Notes: generated by a model not told the origin, from the sequence alone. Positions 1-13,643 are shown, counted from the stretch's first letter. The stretch is DNA of 64,000 bases from Nitrospirales bacterium (GCA_965203295.1 CBDBCZ010000009.1:128001-192000); one strand, 5' to 3'. Translations and numbers: made by a program.

Positions 1-965
1 TTGCAAAAGAATGGTGGACCATTCAGCTCGCAGCAAGTACTTCCTGACCCACAGCCCTCTCCATCCCAGAGTGGGTCACCATCAGGGTAAAATACACCGT
101 GACTATAGTCACCAGTAATACCAGTCTCACAGAAGTAGTCCTGCCCCACGAAAGAAGGAATGGATTGTGTACTTTGACTACTGGTGCAAGGACAGACAAA
201 CTGAGGAAAAGAACCTGACTCCGTGAGTGAACCAGCAAATGTCCAAACATGCTCTTTTTCAGTTCCACGTGTGATAACCACTCCGTCCACAAAAGGGTCC
301 TCTATTCTAGTGAACCGTGAGATGGAATAACTGTAAAATGCATCAGGATGCCCAAACTGGTAGCCTATAATTCTGCCACAAATGTGAGAAAATGAGATGT
401 TGTAAGTACTGAAGGAGACTGAGCTGCAGCCAGAGTTTGACACAGTTTCATTGGTTCTTCCGCACGTTCTCATTGGCTCTGTGAACTCCCTCCATGCGGG
501 CGGGCACTGGTGGGTAGGGTCAGTCATGTTGAGGTAGGCCACACGAGACCATCCTCCAACACTAGTACTGTTACAACCACACACCCTGGCCATGTCGCAA
601 TAGACCCGAACAGCTGTTCCATTAGCGCTTGTGATCCAGTAGTGCTCTGACGGGAGTTGGGGGTTGCACTGTGACACTTCAAGACAGGATGATGCTGGAT
701 TCTTCTGGACTTGACCTGGACAGTGTACGTCAAGTATATCACTGCGAACAATGCTCAAAACGTCTTCAGCAATTTCAGCTCTGGCCATCTCCAGTTGCTC
801 CTCAGGAGGACAGACCTGCCCCCCTCCCTCCAGTACTGTAGCAGAATAACTCACTGGTAGTGAGTGGTTGTCATGCTGGCTAGTCACACCTTCCTGGCAT
901 AAAGTGAGCTGAAGTTTTGCAGCTAGAATGAGTGCAAGTACTGTGTACAAAATATTCCTACTCAT
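1..965 (-). CDS. Secreted Cys-rich protein with fibrinogen/COLFI-like N-terminal subdomain, copy 1 (3' end runs off the window)
   Basis: Manual translation from ATG at 965 is open to position 3: MSRNILYTVLALILAAKLQLTLCQEG...NPASSCLEVSQCNPQLPSEHYWITSANGTAVRVYCDMAR...GGWSRVAYLNMTDP...CCELNGPPFFC. It is colinear with the 356-aa and 358-aa ORFs. The ORF track probably missed it because the stop lies outside the window. Confidence 0.9.
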   Translation of the reverse strand, partial: MSRNILYTVLALILAAKLQLTLCQEGVTSQHDNHSLPVSYSATVLEGGGQVCPPEEQLEMARAEIAEDVLSIVRSDILDVHCPGQVQKNPASSCLEVSQCNPQLPSEHYWITSANGTAVRVYCDMARVCGCNSTSVGGWSRVAYLNMTDPTHQCPPAWREFTEPMRTCGRTNETVSNSGCSSVSFSTYNISFSHICGRIIGYQFGHPDAFYSYSISRFTRIEDPFVDGVVITRGTEKEHVWTFAGSLTESGSFPQFVCPCTSSQSTQSIPSFVGQDYFCETGITGDYSHGVFYPDGDPLWDGEGCGSGSTCCELNGPPFFC

Positions 966-999
966 TTTGGCTAAACAGCTTGAGTGTGATGGTTGTGAG

Positions 1000-3770
1000 T
1001 GGGACATGCCTTATATACTGTAAGAATGGACCAAATTAAGGCACGTTCCAGTGGAGAGAGGCGGACATGTACAAATTATTACCTGGCGCCACTGAAGATT
1101 AAAACATTACAGTGTATGGCGGGCAATTTCTGTGATAAATAGCTTTATTACAGCACACACACAGCAGCTGGGATGAAACACATTCCTGACATCCTAAGAT
1201 AAGCATGAATTTAGTTACAGGAAAGCCATTATGCATTCTAAAAATAGTCACTTGATGAGGTAATGCAGTACTCTACCTACTGTCACTGTAGTGATAGGCA
1301 CTGAATGCCATGGCAAACTTCAGACTACATACAAATCAGACATATTGGTCACGTATGTATTAGCCACCTTACAGCTAATGCCACCCATCAGCTCCTGTAA
1401 TATACGTAGCAATATGCATTGAGAGTCACAATTCATAATTAAAATTGCCAATCTGGACACAGAATAGAATGGGGAAGGGACAAAAATTGTTTTGTTGGCC
1501 GCATGGCATGGCAAATTAATGAAAACATGTGACTGACATAATTAGCATGTTTTGGGTAGGAACGTACAATTTAACGTTAACACAACAGCAGTTCACATCT
1601 TATAGCCCGGCCACCTGATATTGTTAGGACGTTCTCAGTCAGCACATAAGTGTGTCTGTAGTAATGAGTTTAAGTGGCTTCATGTAGAGCAATTAAGGAA
1701 CACACACACTCCTGTCCATCTTTCATGACTTGGGAATACGACTGCCATACATACTCTAAATTTAAAACAACAATAACACAGTTTGGAGACGTTCCCTTAG
1801 CAACCAGTAGCCAGGAAAACAGAGAGAGGCCAGACTACACTGCACTGAAAACAAACTCCAGACCATAGGGGTAGCCAGACATGAGTGAAAGAAAGCAGCA
1901 GATACCACAGGGCAGAGGGAGATCATGCAGACTAACAAGATCATGCACACTGGCTGCTGCATGAAATCTTAACTGCTATTGTATGATTATGTGCACACAC
2001 ATACGTATGCACTTGCACACATTCTTCCATGTAAGTTTTCTAATGTTGCCATACACAGGACACTCCCAGAGCACCATATGTACTACACTCTCACATTCAT
2101 CACACATAACTTACACTGCTTATCATCATTTGTATCTCTACGTATGTCTTTCTGACTCTTCATTCAGACCATTAGTACCCAACCTAAACATAAATCGTGT
2201 TCCTGGATCCCCAACCCCCTGCCTGCAAGTAATTCTTGATTTCTATTTTCTTACAAAAAGATTTGTACAGATTCAGTTTAACTTTACTATTAAAGCGATT
2301 AGTAAGCCTTTATATCTCAATGCTACATCTACTGTCTGTAAGAAGAAACTTACATGGTAATCATCAACTAATATTTTCTGACTGTCCAGCCTGCCTAATC
2401 AGCCATCATTGTACTATTACACATGCATATCTCAGGCAAGAGGTTTGGTGGGTTTCAAACTGGAGGGTAGGGTCAATCACACCACAGTCCCTTCCTCTTA
2501 TTACTGTACTCATTTTTGCCAGCAATTGATTATCATGACTGTCCTCACAGTACATTAGTTTAGTTGTGCATTATTTGCTTCCAAGCTCCAAATTGAAGAA
2601 CTGGGGCCTAGAAATTAGGCTACAGTAATTAGACATTGTAACAGACTATTTCCGGATATTGTGCTACCACATAATATGAATTATAGTAATTGCACACCTT
2701 GTTGCCATAGCTTCATATTTTGTGACTGATTATTTTCATGATGTCATTGTGATTATAGAATGTATTTCCAATTTGCTCATACTCGAGAGAGATCGACATG
2801 AGTGTGTGTGTTCTTTAATTGCTCTACAAGAAACCCATTAGTACAGACATACTCATGTGCCCACTGAGCACGTCTCAACAAAATCAGCGATCAATTAATG
2901 TATGGATTGTAAGTGCTGCAATGCTCACTGTCAGTCAAACCTACATGGACTGTGTCCTAAGTACGTACATACGTACGTACGCACTAAAATCAAATGTTAA
3001 AGTTATAGCTCTTCCATATTATCATATTTTCTCATCCATTACCTGTAGAACTATCCAAAATGAGTACAGGAAGAGGCTGTTGTATGGTTGACCCTACTCA
3101 ACCCCACCAAACCTTTTGCCTGTACATTAGAGGCATTGCATGTAATGCACAAGCAGATCTTTAAGGTTGACACAACCTGATTGCTATTAGTAAACCTTCA
3201 TGCTAATTACGTAGATCACTGCCAATATCCTTACTTCCGGCACAAACCATTATGTAATGCTACCTACAGGAAGGACAGTTGTGCCGGAGAAGTTTTCCAT
3301 ACCAATATAAGGCTTTGTACATTGCAGCTGACATGTGAAAACTATATAGAGATGGGGCTGTGTATGTTGTGTTTATGCTATCTCTACACCTCAACGCGTT
3401 TGCTTGCTTTATGGCACTTCCATCCCTACATCTTTTATTTAATTTTCAATTTTTAGTAAGCTATTGGTAGTCTACAGTTTGCCAGGCATTCAGTGCCTAT
3501 CACTACAGTGATCAGTCATTACCTCATCAAGTGACTATTATTAGAATGCACCATGGCTTTCTTGTAATTAAATTTATAAGAATAAATGCCCTTATCTTGG
3601 AATGTGTATCATTCCAGCTGCTGTGTGTGTGCTCTAATGCAGCCATATCACTGTACTGTTTTAATTGCTCCACAAGAAACCCACTTAAACTCAGACATTC
3701 TCATATGCTTATTGAGCTGGTCTCAATAAAGGACAGGTGGGTTGGAAGATGGAAACTGCTATATAGTCTT
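1000..3770. repeat. Upstream segmental-duplication block, copy A
   Basis: Near-identical stretches recur at about 10130-13350, 34495-36820 and 41620-43550; for example the ORF-track peptide LLVNLHANYVDH appears at 3181, 12747 and within the 36145 ORF. Confidence 0.85.
1011..1017 (-). promoter_or_regulatory. TATA box (TATATAA) of copy 1
   Basis: TATATAAGGCATGTCCC on the minus strand about 46 nt upstream of the ATG. The motif is positionally conserved upstream of most family copies. Confidence 0.7.
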
Positions 3771-3778
3771 CACTCACT

Positions 3779-4010
3779 CCTCCCCTCCCCTCCCCTCCCC
3801 TCCCCTCCTCTCCCCTCCCCTCCCCTCCCCTCCCCTCCCCTCCCCTCCCCTCCCCTCCCCTCCCCTCCCCTCCCCTCCCCTCCCCTCCCCTCCCCTCCCC
3901 TCCCCTCCCCTCCCCTCCCCTCCCCTCCCCTCCCCTCCCCTCCCCTCCACTCCCCTCCCCTCCCCTCACCTCCCCTCACCTCCCCTCCCCTCCCCTCACC
4001 TCCCCTCCCC
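3779..4010. repeat. (CCCCT)n pentanucleotide microsatellite
   Basis: Directly visible; pure polypyrimidine/polypurine tract with few interruptions. Confidence 0.97.
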
Positions 4011-5860
4011 TTCCTGCCTGTAACGAACTATTAACTTTATCACTATGTATAGCCTATTGATGTGTAGTTAATGTAAGGTACTGTTAATGGGTGCTAGTTA
4101 TTGTTCTTTTTGTTTATTGTGTATGTTGAAGGTGTGATGTTCATTGCTATAAAAGGTTTGGTGTTGTATTATATGTAGTTATCCTCCATTATTGGGTTTG
4201 GCTGCAGGAGTTGAAGTTGCATGTGTAGTGGTATGCGCCTGTGTAGGGTTTGTGGCTCGGCTAGGCTACACCGCCCCACCCCACCCAGCATCTGGGTTGG
4301 ATGTACTGAAGGAGGAGGAGCCATAGGAGGAAGGGGAGGGGCATGCCAATACACACCTCCAGATCACTGATATGTGATTAAGAGATATATGTGTGAAGAC
4401 CACTGGCTCTCAAACATTATCGATACATGTTGGGGTAATGCTGTAGTCAGCCATATGTTGAATGGATGATGTAATGTACTACACTGAGCACAGTGTCTCT
4501 ATGGCGGCAGTAATGCACCTCTTTATCTACAAGCTCAGAGTAAAGGGAGAGTTGGTTTAAGGCTGTATGAGAGACTGGTGATGAGGGCAAAGGATGGGGA
4601 TGGGTAATTGGGGTCACGGTGGGTGCATGGGCCTGAGATCTTCAGGGGTCGGTATATGTGTGCGCACACACTTGTGACATTAGTGTTGTTTTAAAAGCTA
4701 AAAACAAAAAAAAAATGTTTTAAATACAAATCTAGTTAACTAACTAAAACTAATTCTCCAAAGGTGAGAATAAGCTATAGCTAAACTAATATTTTCACCA
4801 AAATCAACCCCTGGTTAACTAGACTCTAGTACTAAAACTGTTTTAGTAACCCTTTTTATTCATTTTAGTTGGCTAACTGAAACTAAATCTTCTTCTAAAA
4901 CTAAATCTAGTTAGCTATGTAAAGCCACACAAAAAAACACTAGTGCGTATGTGTCTGCATGTGAACACTACAGCAGTCAGTCACATCTTACAACCCACCT
5001 ATCCTTTATTGAGACATGCTCAGTGGGTACATGAGAATGTCTGTAGTAATGAGTTGTAGAGCAATTCAGGAACACACACACTCACGCTGATCTTTGGAGT
5101 ATGAGCAATTTGGGAAAAAATCCCATGCATTAGTAACATTACAGTGATATGTCTATAGTAATTAGTTTAAGTGGACTTCTTGTAGAGCAATTAAGGAATA
5201 CACACACTCACATTGATCTTTGGAGTATGAACAATTTGGGAAAACATTCTCTACATTGCAATGAAATGGGGTTAGTCTGCACATCTCCCTCTCAGTCTGC
5301 CCTGTGGTGTCTGCTGCTTTCTTTCTCTTAAGACTGGCTACACACCTTTATGGTCTGGAGTTTATTTTTTTGACTAGTTGTGATGTGACACACCATGTCT
5401 GCATAAAATTTCAACTAATATTGATCATGTACACACATAATATTATGAATTTGCTCGTGTTTCCTCACAGGCATGATGACAGAATATACAAGCAACTACT
5501 GGTACGTATACCCGAGTACATAATTACTTCTGAATCACTGTATTGTGAACCATGCAGCAAACTGCCTGCATGGCCAGCCCACTTGATTATGGAGTATGGT
5601 AGTATGTAGGATGGCACGTGGAAAAATGGCAAATTTAGAATTAAAGGAGAGGCTGCTAGCACCACCCTGGTGATACTGGTTTCGCAGCCCAAACCCTATA
5701 GTGTGAATAATTTTATAGGGCTGGGAACTACATTCGGAGAGTGTGAGGGTTATACTGAGCTGGAATGAAAGGGAGGGCCTCTAGCTTCACTGTGGCGATG
5801 TATCCCATACCAAATCCACTTTCCCCTCCCCTGTTGCAGATAGTCTGACAGAGGTCGTAT

Positions 5861-5914
5861 TAGCCTCGTGCCCAGGCACTTTCTTTCCACGCAAAGAGCC
5901 TGGGCACGAGACTA
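5861..5914. mobile_element. Miniature inverted-repeat element TAGCCTCGTGCCCAGGC...GCCTGGGCACGAGACTA
   Basis: About 17-bp inverted arms bounded by TA. Related arms occur at 9034, 24957, 29830, 38110, 39144, 41134, 41233, 48870 and 56134. Confidence 0.6.
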
Positions 5915-7737
5915 AGGTCGTATGTACTTGCCTATAGAATTTCCCAATGGTCGGTCCAGACTTCAATGTCACAAAAATGGAATGTACATTATTTTTTATC
6001 CATATTCTCCGTAAACTGCTATTTATAGGAATGTGTGGCCAAATGTGCGGCTACGTAGCTTGCACTCCGGAGAACTACTACCTTACGTAGCTACGTAGTC
6101 TCACATGTACTATTTATCTTATACATCCCAGTTTATTAGTACTTATATTCATTGGGTACTTTTATTTGCATGCGCACTACTATTCAGGAAGTGGATAGCA
6201 GTACTTTTAATCGTAGGGTACTTGTAATTGATTGGAGTTTAATAATAAATGTAGTTAACATGAGAGGTATTTCCTGCTGCATAAATAGTCTGATTAGTAT
6301 AAGGTCAAGGCAGTTCACACATGCTCACCAAGTTCCGTGCTGCCTCATGCTTGGCTCAGTTGGCTACTTGCTCAAAGTTGGCTGCTAGTTGAAAGATTAT
6401 TCAACTCTCCACCCTGCCCTCCGTGTTCTTCATTTTCAGTTGTTGATTTGTTTTTGTTTGTTCTGTTTCTCCGCCCCGGTTGTTTCTTCGTCTTGGTGGA
6501 CGTGATCCAGTGCAGAGATCCATTTTAAAAATTATATTTATTTTGCCTAAAGGACTGTGGGCTGTTCAGAGTACAACTATTTGCAAGTGTGTTGAAATTA
6601 ATGGGTACCCTTTACAATTATAATGGGGTATAAGCAGCCAAAATTTCATGGAAACATGCATGTTTTTGTTCTTTCATGTTTACATTATACTTGGAAGCCC
6701 AAAACATGCATGTATTTTATCCATTTAGTGCCTCCTTTTACCCCCAACTTCATCATAATGGTAAAGGGTCTATTGAGCTTTTCTATCCTGAAGAAGCCCT
6801 ATTGCTTGCTGTGCAGCTCCACTTACTTGAAGGCTTCGTCCTAGGCACTCTTGCTATTGATATTGATTGAATTTGAATGTAGTGATTAATTTTACCCCTT
6901 AATGGGTACTTACACTCCAGAGTACCAGAGTATATGGTATCCTATCCTCACCTAATCAGTGGGTGGGTCAATGTAGTTAAATAGTAAATGACTGCAGATG
7001 ACACCCACTGTAGGAGGCCTGGGATTGAGGCTAGTAATCAGTAATAGTTAATTAGGATGCCATGACTCTTGTGTAAGTGGACTAGAATAGCGTGCGTGTG
7101 TGTGTGTATGTGTGTGTGGGGGGGGGGGTGGATTCTGGTACATAGCAATAATTGTCCATTCTCCAACGTGTACAGTACTAGGTAGTTGACACAATGAGGA
7201 GACATTAATTTGGCATCATTTAACAGTTAGATTATTCATGCACTGTTTATTGCCATAAGTTACTGTAGCTGCCAGTGATGTGACTATTGTAAGTACCCCG
7301 TCTCCTACACACAATCACATGCCAGTGTACTAATCAAGCTATTGACACTGAGCGATAAGGCGTGATATTTTAGCACAGCTAGGACTGATTGGTAGTTTGC
7401 TCAGTAAATTAACTTACTGATTATAAATAGGTACTACACTGTTATTTAATTTATTCTCACCTATGCTTTAGTTATCCATCCCAATGATAAATATTTTTTT
7501 CGCAAACACTTCTTCAGAAATTTGTTGCTTACATGCTTAAGAAATCTACAAACAAGAAACACAGAAACTATCGCACACTAAGTATAAACCAAGGGACTGT
7601 AGCTTAAAAGGACAGGGAAAAAGTATGGTGCAATGTAATCTCGAGGAAAAAAACAGAGTTAACTAAAAAATTCTCACCATAGAAAAACCCCAAGATTACA
7701 ACAAACTACTGTAGTTACAACACTCAAGTACATGTAA

Positions 7738-7755
7738 CTATTGTACGAAGATCTC
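7738..7755 (-). pseudogene. Last five codons plus stop (EIFVQ*) of a deleted family member, still attached to its 3' flank
   Basis: Minus strand reads GAG ATC TTC GTA CAA TAG. The adjacent 7580-7737 matches the 3' flank of intact genes (e.g. aaaccaagggactgta, ctcaccatagaaaaaccc, acaacactcaagta). Confidence 0.75.
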
Positions 7756-9033
7756 ATGACAAATCATTGAGTGATATTTTTGAAATGTGTTCAGTAGGCA
7801 CATCACTATGTGATGGGAAGGATTTGTTTTAGTGTGTATGTACATGTATGTGTAGGTTTACAAACCTTGTCGCACTGAAAATTACAAGTGCATTGTATAG
7901 GCTGTATGAGAGATTGGTGATGAGGGCAAAGGATGGGGATGGGTGATTAGGGTCACGGTGGGTGCATGGGGCTGAGATCTCGAAGTCTGTATATGTGTGC
8001 GCACACACACGAGTGTGTTAATGTTGTTTTAGAGACTAAAATCAAAAAGTGTTTTAGTAGGAACAAATACAGATCTAGTTACCTAACCAAAACTAATTCT
8101 TCAAGGGTGGGAATAAGCTATTGATAAATCATTAATATTTTTCAACCCCTGGTTAAAACTGTTTTAGTAAACCTTTTTAGTTGGCTAACTGCTAATTTTC
8201 TTTTTTTTCTAAAACTAAATCTAGTTGGCTATGTAGAGTCACACTGAGACAACACTAGTATGTGTATGTGAACACTACAGCAGTTCACATCTTACAACCC
8301 ACCTATCCTTTGTTGAGACGTGCTCAGTGGGCACATGAGTATGTCGTCCGTAGTAATGGGTTTGTGGACTTCTTGTGGAGCAATTAAGGAACACACACAC
8401 TCACGTTGATCTTTGGAGTATGAGCAAATTGGGAAAACATTCTCTACATTAGTAACATCGCAATAAAATGGGGTTAGTCTGCACGTCTCCCTCTCAGTCT
8501 GCCCTGTGGCGTCTGCTGCTTAAGACTGGCTATATGGTCTGTAGTTTATTTTACTAATTGTAATGTGCATACGTATAATCTTAAATTATTGATCATGTGC
8601 ACACATAATTATGCATTTGCTCATATTCCCTCACAGGCATGATGACAGTGCTCACTAATATACAAGCAACTACTGGTACGTATACCCAATTGCATAATTA
8701 CTTCACTGTATTATGAACTAGCAAACTGCCTGCACAGCCTGCCCACCTGAACATGGAGTATGGTAGTATGTAGGGATGGCACGTGGAAAAATATAGTAAC
8801 GTGCACAGGAATATGATGCTGATAGCAATGAAAAGGGAGGCCGCTAGCACCACCCTGGTGATATTGGTTCCCAGCGCAAACCTTATAGTGTGGCTTTCGA
8901 TAATAGGGCTGGGAAACTACAGTCGGAGAATGTGAGCATGAAAGGGAAGGCCTCTAGCTTCACTGTAGCGCCGTATTCCAGAACAAACTCACTTCCCCCT
9001 CCACCGTTGCCGATAGTCCAATAGAGGTTGCAT

Positions 9034-9087
9034 TAGCCTCGTGCCCAGACACTTTCCTCCCACGCAAAGAGCCTGGGCACGAGACCA
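9034..9087. mobile_element. Miniature inverted-repeat element (duplicate of 5861-5914)
   Basis: Same arms and flanks; part of the 4560-6070 / 7900-9235 duplication. Confidence 0.6.
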
Positions 9088-9256
9088 AGGTCGTATGTAC
9101 TTGCCTACCAGTAGAAATTCCCAATGGTGAGTCCAGACCTCAATGTCCGCATTATTTTTTACGCATCATATATTCCCTGTAAACTGCTATTTATAAGAAT
9201 GTGTGGTTAAATGAGCCGCTAGCTTGCACTCAGTGTAACTATTACTGTATTGAATG

Positions 9257-9372
9257 GTGTGCGTGTGCGTGTGCGTGTGCGTGTGCGTGTGCGTGTGCGT
9301 GTGCGTGTGCGTGTGCGTGTGCGTGTGCGTGTGCGTGTGCGTGTGCGTGTGCGTGTGCGTGTGCGTGTGCGT
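9257..9372. repeat. (GTGCGT)n hexanucleotide microsatellite
   Basis: Directly visible. Confidence 0.97.
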
Positions 9373-9853
9373 ACTGTGCGTGTGGGGTAGCAACAACTGC
9401 CCATTCTCCAAAGTTTACTGTACTGGGTAGTTGAGACAATGAGGAGACATTAAGTTGGCATCATAATTAATAGTTAGACTGTTCATGCACTGTTTGTTGC
9501 CATAGCTACTATAGCTACCTGTGATGTGGCTATTTATAAGTACCCAGTCTCCTACACACATTTACTGCCAGTGTACTAATAGGGTTTGCGAGCTATGACA
9601 CTGAGCGATAAGGCGTAATAATATTTTTAGCATACATGTAGGATTGATTGGTACTTCGCTCAGTAAACTTACTGATTATAAATACTATATACCGTTATTT
9701 ACTTTATTCTCACCTATGCTTTAGTTACCCATCCCAATGTACATGCAATATGTTTTTGCAATCACTTCTTCAGGAATTTGTTGCTTACACACTTGAAAAA
9801 TCTACAAACAAGAAACAGAAATCGTACACTGCAGTAAAAAACCAAGGGACTAT

Positions 9854-10095
9854 AGTGAGCCAATAATATTTTGATGGCAGTTGGGGAAAACGTCTTCAGC
9901 AATTTCAGCTGTGGCCATCTCCAGTTGCTCCTCAGGAGGACAGACCTGCCCCCCTCCCTCCAATACTGTAGCAGAGTAACTCACTGGTAGTGAGCTGTTG
10001 TCATGCTGGCTAGTCGCACCTTCCTGGCATGAAGTGAGCTGAAGTTCAGCAGCTAGAATGAGTGCAAGAACTGCGTACAAAACTTTACTACTCAT
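9854..10095 (-). pseudogene. Internally deleted family member (signal peptide to AEDV, then an out-of-frame PQLPSKYYWLT piece, then 3' flank)
   Basis: ATG at 10095, MSSKVLYAVLALILAAELQLTSCQEG...EIAEDV. Homology breaks at 9887 and the TATA box is degenerate (10141). Confidence 0.85.
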
Positions 10096-10129
10096 TGTGG
10101 CTAAACAGCTTGAGTGTGATTGTTGTGAG

Positions 10130-13100
10130 TGGGACATGCCTTAATAGTCTAAGAATGAACCAAATGCACGTTCCAGTGGAGAGAGGTGAACATGTTAAAA
10201 TTATTATCTGGTGCCACTGAAGATTAAAACAATACAGTGTATGGCCGGCAGGCAATTTCTGTGATAAATGGCTTTATTATAGCACACACACAGCAGCTGG
10301 GATGATACACATTCCAGACATCCTAAGATAAGCGTGAATTCAGTTACAGAAAATCCATTATGCATTCTAAAAATAGTCACTTGATGAGGTAATGCAGTAC
10401 TCTATCTACTGTCACTGTAGTGATAGGCACTGAATGCCATAACAAACTTCAGACTACATACAAATCAGACATATTGGCCACCTTGCAGCTTAAAGCCTAC
10501 GTACGTATAATGCCACCCATCAGCTCCTGTAATGTAAAATGCATTGAGAAGTCACAATTTACAAATATAAGTGCCAATCTGGACAAGACACGAGACTGAT
10601 AGAGAAAAGGACAAGAATTACAAACGTATGCTTCAACTTACTACAAACAACCTTGTGTTGTTGGCCACATGGCATGGCGAATTAATGAAAACATGTGACT
10701 GACATGGCAAATTAGCAAAAACATGACATAGTTATAATCGTGTTTTCAGTAGAACGTACAATTTAAATGCTAACACAACAGCAGTTCACCTCTTATAGCC
10801 CACCTGTCATTAGGTGATATTGTTAGGACGTGCTCAGTCGGCACATAAGTATGTCTGTAGTAATGAGTTTAAGTGGCTTCGTGTAGAGCAATTAGGGAAC
10901 ATGTAGAGCTATTAAGGAACACACACACACGTCCATCTTTCGTGACTTGGGAATACGACTGCATACATACGCTAAATTAAAAACAACAATGATGTTTCAA
11001 CACAGTTTGGAGACGTTCCCTTAGCAACCAGTAGCCAGGAAAGTAGAGAGAGGCCAGACTACACTGTACTGAAAACAAACTCCAGACCACAGGGGTAGCC
11101 AGGCAATAGGAAAGAAAGCAGCAGATGCCACAGGGCAGAGGGAGATCATGCAGCTTACAAGATTCTTAAGTTTTATGCACATTGGCTGCTGCATAAAATC
11201 TTAACTGATATTGCATGATTATGTGCACACACATATACATATATGCTAACTGAATATACTCATGTTGCTGCCGTAGCGCTTACGCCATTGACCACGCACC
11301 CACATACGCAGCTTACTAGATTCAAAAGTTTAATGCACATTGGCTGCTGCATGAAATCTTAACTAATATTGTATGATTATGTGCACACGCATATATATGG
11401 GGGGGAGTTTTGCAGAGTTTAGAACATTAGATGATATTAAGCACGTTATTATCCCATCCTCACCTAATCAGGTGGGCAGGCTGTGTAGGCAGTTCACAAT
11501 ACAGTGAAGTAATCATACACTCAAGTAGTTGTGTACGAGGTGGATGTATGGCGGTGTCGAGCATGACTGTGGGGTGAGTGTGTGCAAGTGCATATACGTA
11601 TGTACAGATTGTTTAATTCTTCCATGTAAGGTTTCTAATGTTACCATACACACGGGACACTCCCAGAGCACCATGTACTACACTCTCACATTCATCACAC
11701 ATAACTTACACTGCTTATCATCATTTGTATCCCTACGTATGTCTTTCTGACTCTTCATTCAGACCATTAGTACCCAACCTAAACATAAATCATGTTCCTG
11801 GATCCCCAACCCCCTGCATGCAAGTAATTCTTAATTTCTATTTTCTTGCAAAAAGATTTGTACAGACTCAGTTTAACTTTACTATTAAAGCGATTAGTAA
11901 GCCTTTATATTTTCTATATCTCAATGCTCCATCTACTGTCTGTAAGAACAAACTTACATGGTAATCTTCAACTAATATTTTCTGACTGTCCAGATTACAT
12001 GAGGTACATTTACCAAGTACCTGAGTGCCTAATCATTCATCATTGTACTATTACACATGCATATCTCAGGCAAGAGGTTTGGTGGGTTTCAAACTGAAGG
12101 GTGGGGTCAGCCACACCACAGTCCCTTCCTCTTATTACTGTACTCATTTTTGCCAGCAATTGATTATCATGACTGTCCTCACAGTACATTAGTTTAGTTG
12201 TGCATTATTTGCTTCTAAGCTCCAAATTGAAAAACTGGGGCCTAGAAATTAGGCTACAGTAATTAGACATTGTAACAGACTATTTCCGAATATTCATATA
12301 ATATGAATAGTAATTGCACACCTTGTTGCCATAGCCTCATATTTTGTGGCTGATTATTTTCATGTGTTTATAGAATGTATTTCCAATTTGCTCATACTGG
12401 AGAGAGATTGACATGAGTGTATGTGGTAAATTAATTGCTCTACTAGAAACCCATTAGTACAGACATACTCCTGTGCTCACTGAGCACGTCTCAGCAAAAT
12501 CAGCGATCAATTAATGTATGGATTGTAAGTGATGCAATGCTCACTGTCAGTCAAATGCACTAAAATCAAATGTTAAAGTTATAACTCTTCCATATTATCA
12601 TCCATTACCTGTAGAACTATCCAAAATGAGTACTGGAAGAGGCTGTTGTGTGGTTGACCCTACTCAACCCCTCCAAACCGTTTGCCTGTACATTAGAGGC
12701 ATTGCATGTAATGCACAAGCAGATCTTTAAGGTTGACACAACCTGATTGCTATTAGTAAACCTTCATGCTAATTACGTAGATCACTGCCAATATCCTTAC
12801 TTCCGGCACAAACCATTATGTAATGCTACCTACAGGAAGGACAGTTGTGCCGGAGAAGTTTTCCATACCAATATAAGGCTTTGTACATTGCAGCTGACAT
12901 GTGAAAACTATATAGAGATGGGGCTGTGTATGTTGTGTTTATGCTATCTCTACACCTCAACGTGTTTGCTTGCTTTATGGCACTTCCATTCCTACATCTT
13001 TTATTTAATTTTAATTTCTAGTAAGCTATTGGTAGTCTAGAGTTTGCCAGGCATTCAGTGCCTATCACTACAGTGATCAGTCATTACCTCATCAAGTGAC

Positions 13101-13350
13101 TATTATTAGAATGCACCATGGCTTCTTTTAATTGAATTCATGAGAATAAATGCCCTTATCTTGGAATGTGTATCATTCCAGCTGCTGTGTGTGTGCTCTA
13201 ATGCAGCCATATCACTGTATTGTTTTAATTGCTCTACAAGAAACCCACTTAAACTCAGACATTCTCAAGTGCTTAATGAGCTGGTCAAAGGACAGGTGGA
13301 TTGTAAGATTCAAACTGCTGTACATGTAGTTTTCACAGACACATACCCTC
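10130..13350. repeat. Upstream segmental-duplication block, copy B
   Basis: Colinear with 1000-3770, with indels. Confidence 0.85.
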
Positions 13351-13388
13351 CCCTGTCAGTGCCTTTCTCCAAAAATCTCTCTCTCTAG

Positions 13389-13643
13389 GTTCGAGCCCCA
13401 TATGGCACTCGCAGCCACAACCACAAGAGCCAGTTGCGAACCCCGGTCCCGGTGCCACTTCGGTCACAAGCACTCCCATGGAGGTCGTCCGTACCGATTA
13501 CCACCTTGACGGGACAACTGGTCATCCGACGCTGGTGATCGACCTCACCACGGCCACCTCCATACCAGAGACTCCTAAGCCCCCACTGTCCAGTGCTCCT
13601 CCCCGCCCCCCTCCTCCCCGGCTGGGGAGAAGAAGGCCAACCA
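13389..13643 (+). pseudogene. Captured Pro/Thr-rich exon fragment of an unrelated gene, internally deleted copy
   Basis: Polypyrimidine/AG acceptor (ctctctctag|G), a GC-rich open frame ...TDYHLDGTTGHPTLVIDLTT..., and a gtaagt donor. Paralogous to 36854 and 43588 but lacks the internal intron. Confidence 0.55.

Noticed and set aside
3531..4034. Extensin-like SPPLP and RGGEG ORFs
   Set aside because: Produced by the (CCCCT)n repeat in several frames on both strands.
6345..6880. Exon-like minus-strand remnants (also at 34171-34340 and 53460-53580)
   Set aside because: They contain stops or are short, and no family was recognised; too weak to annotate without a search.
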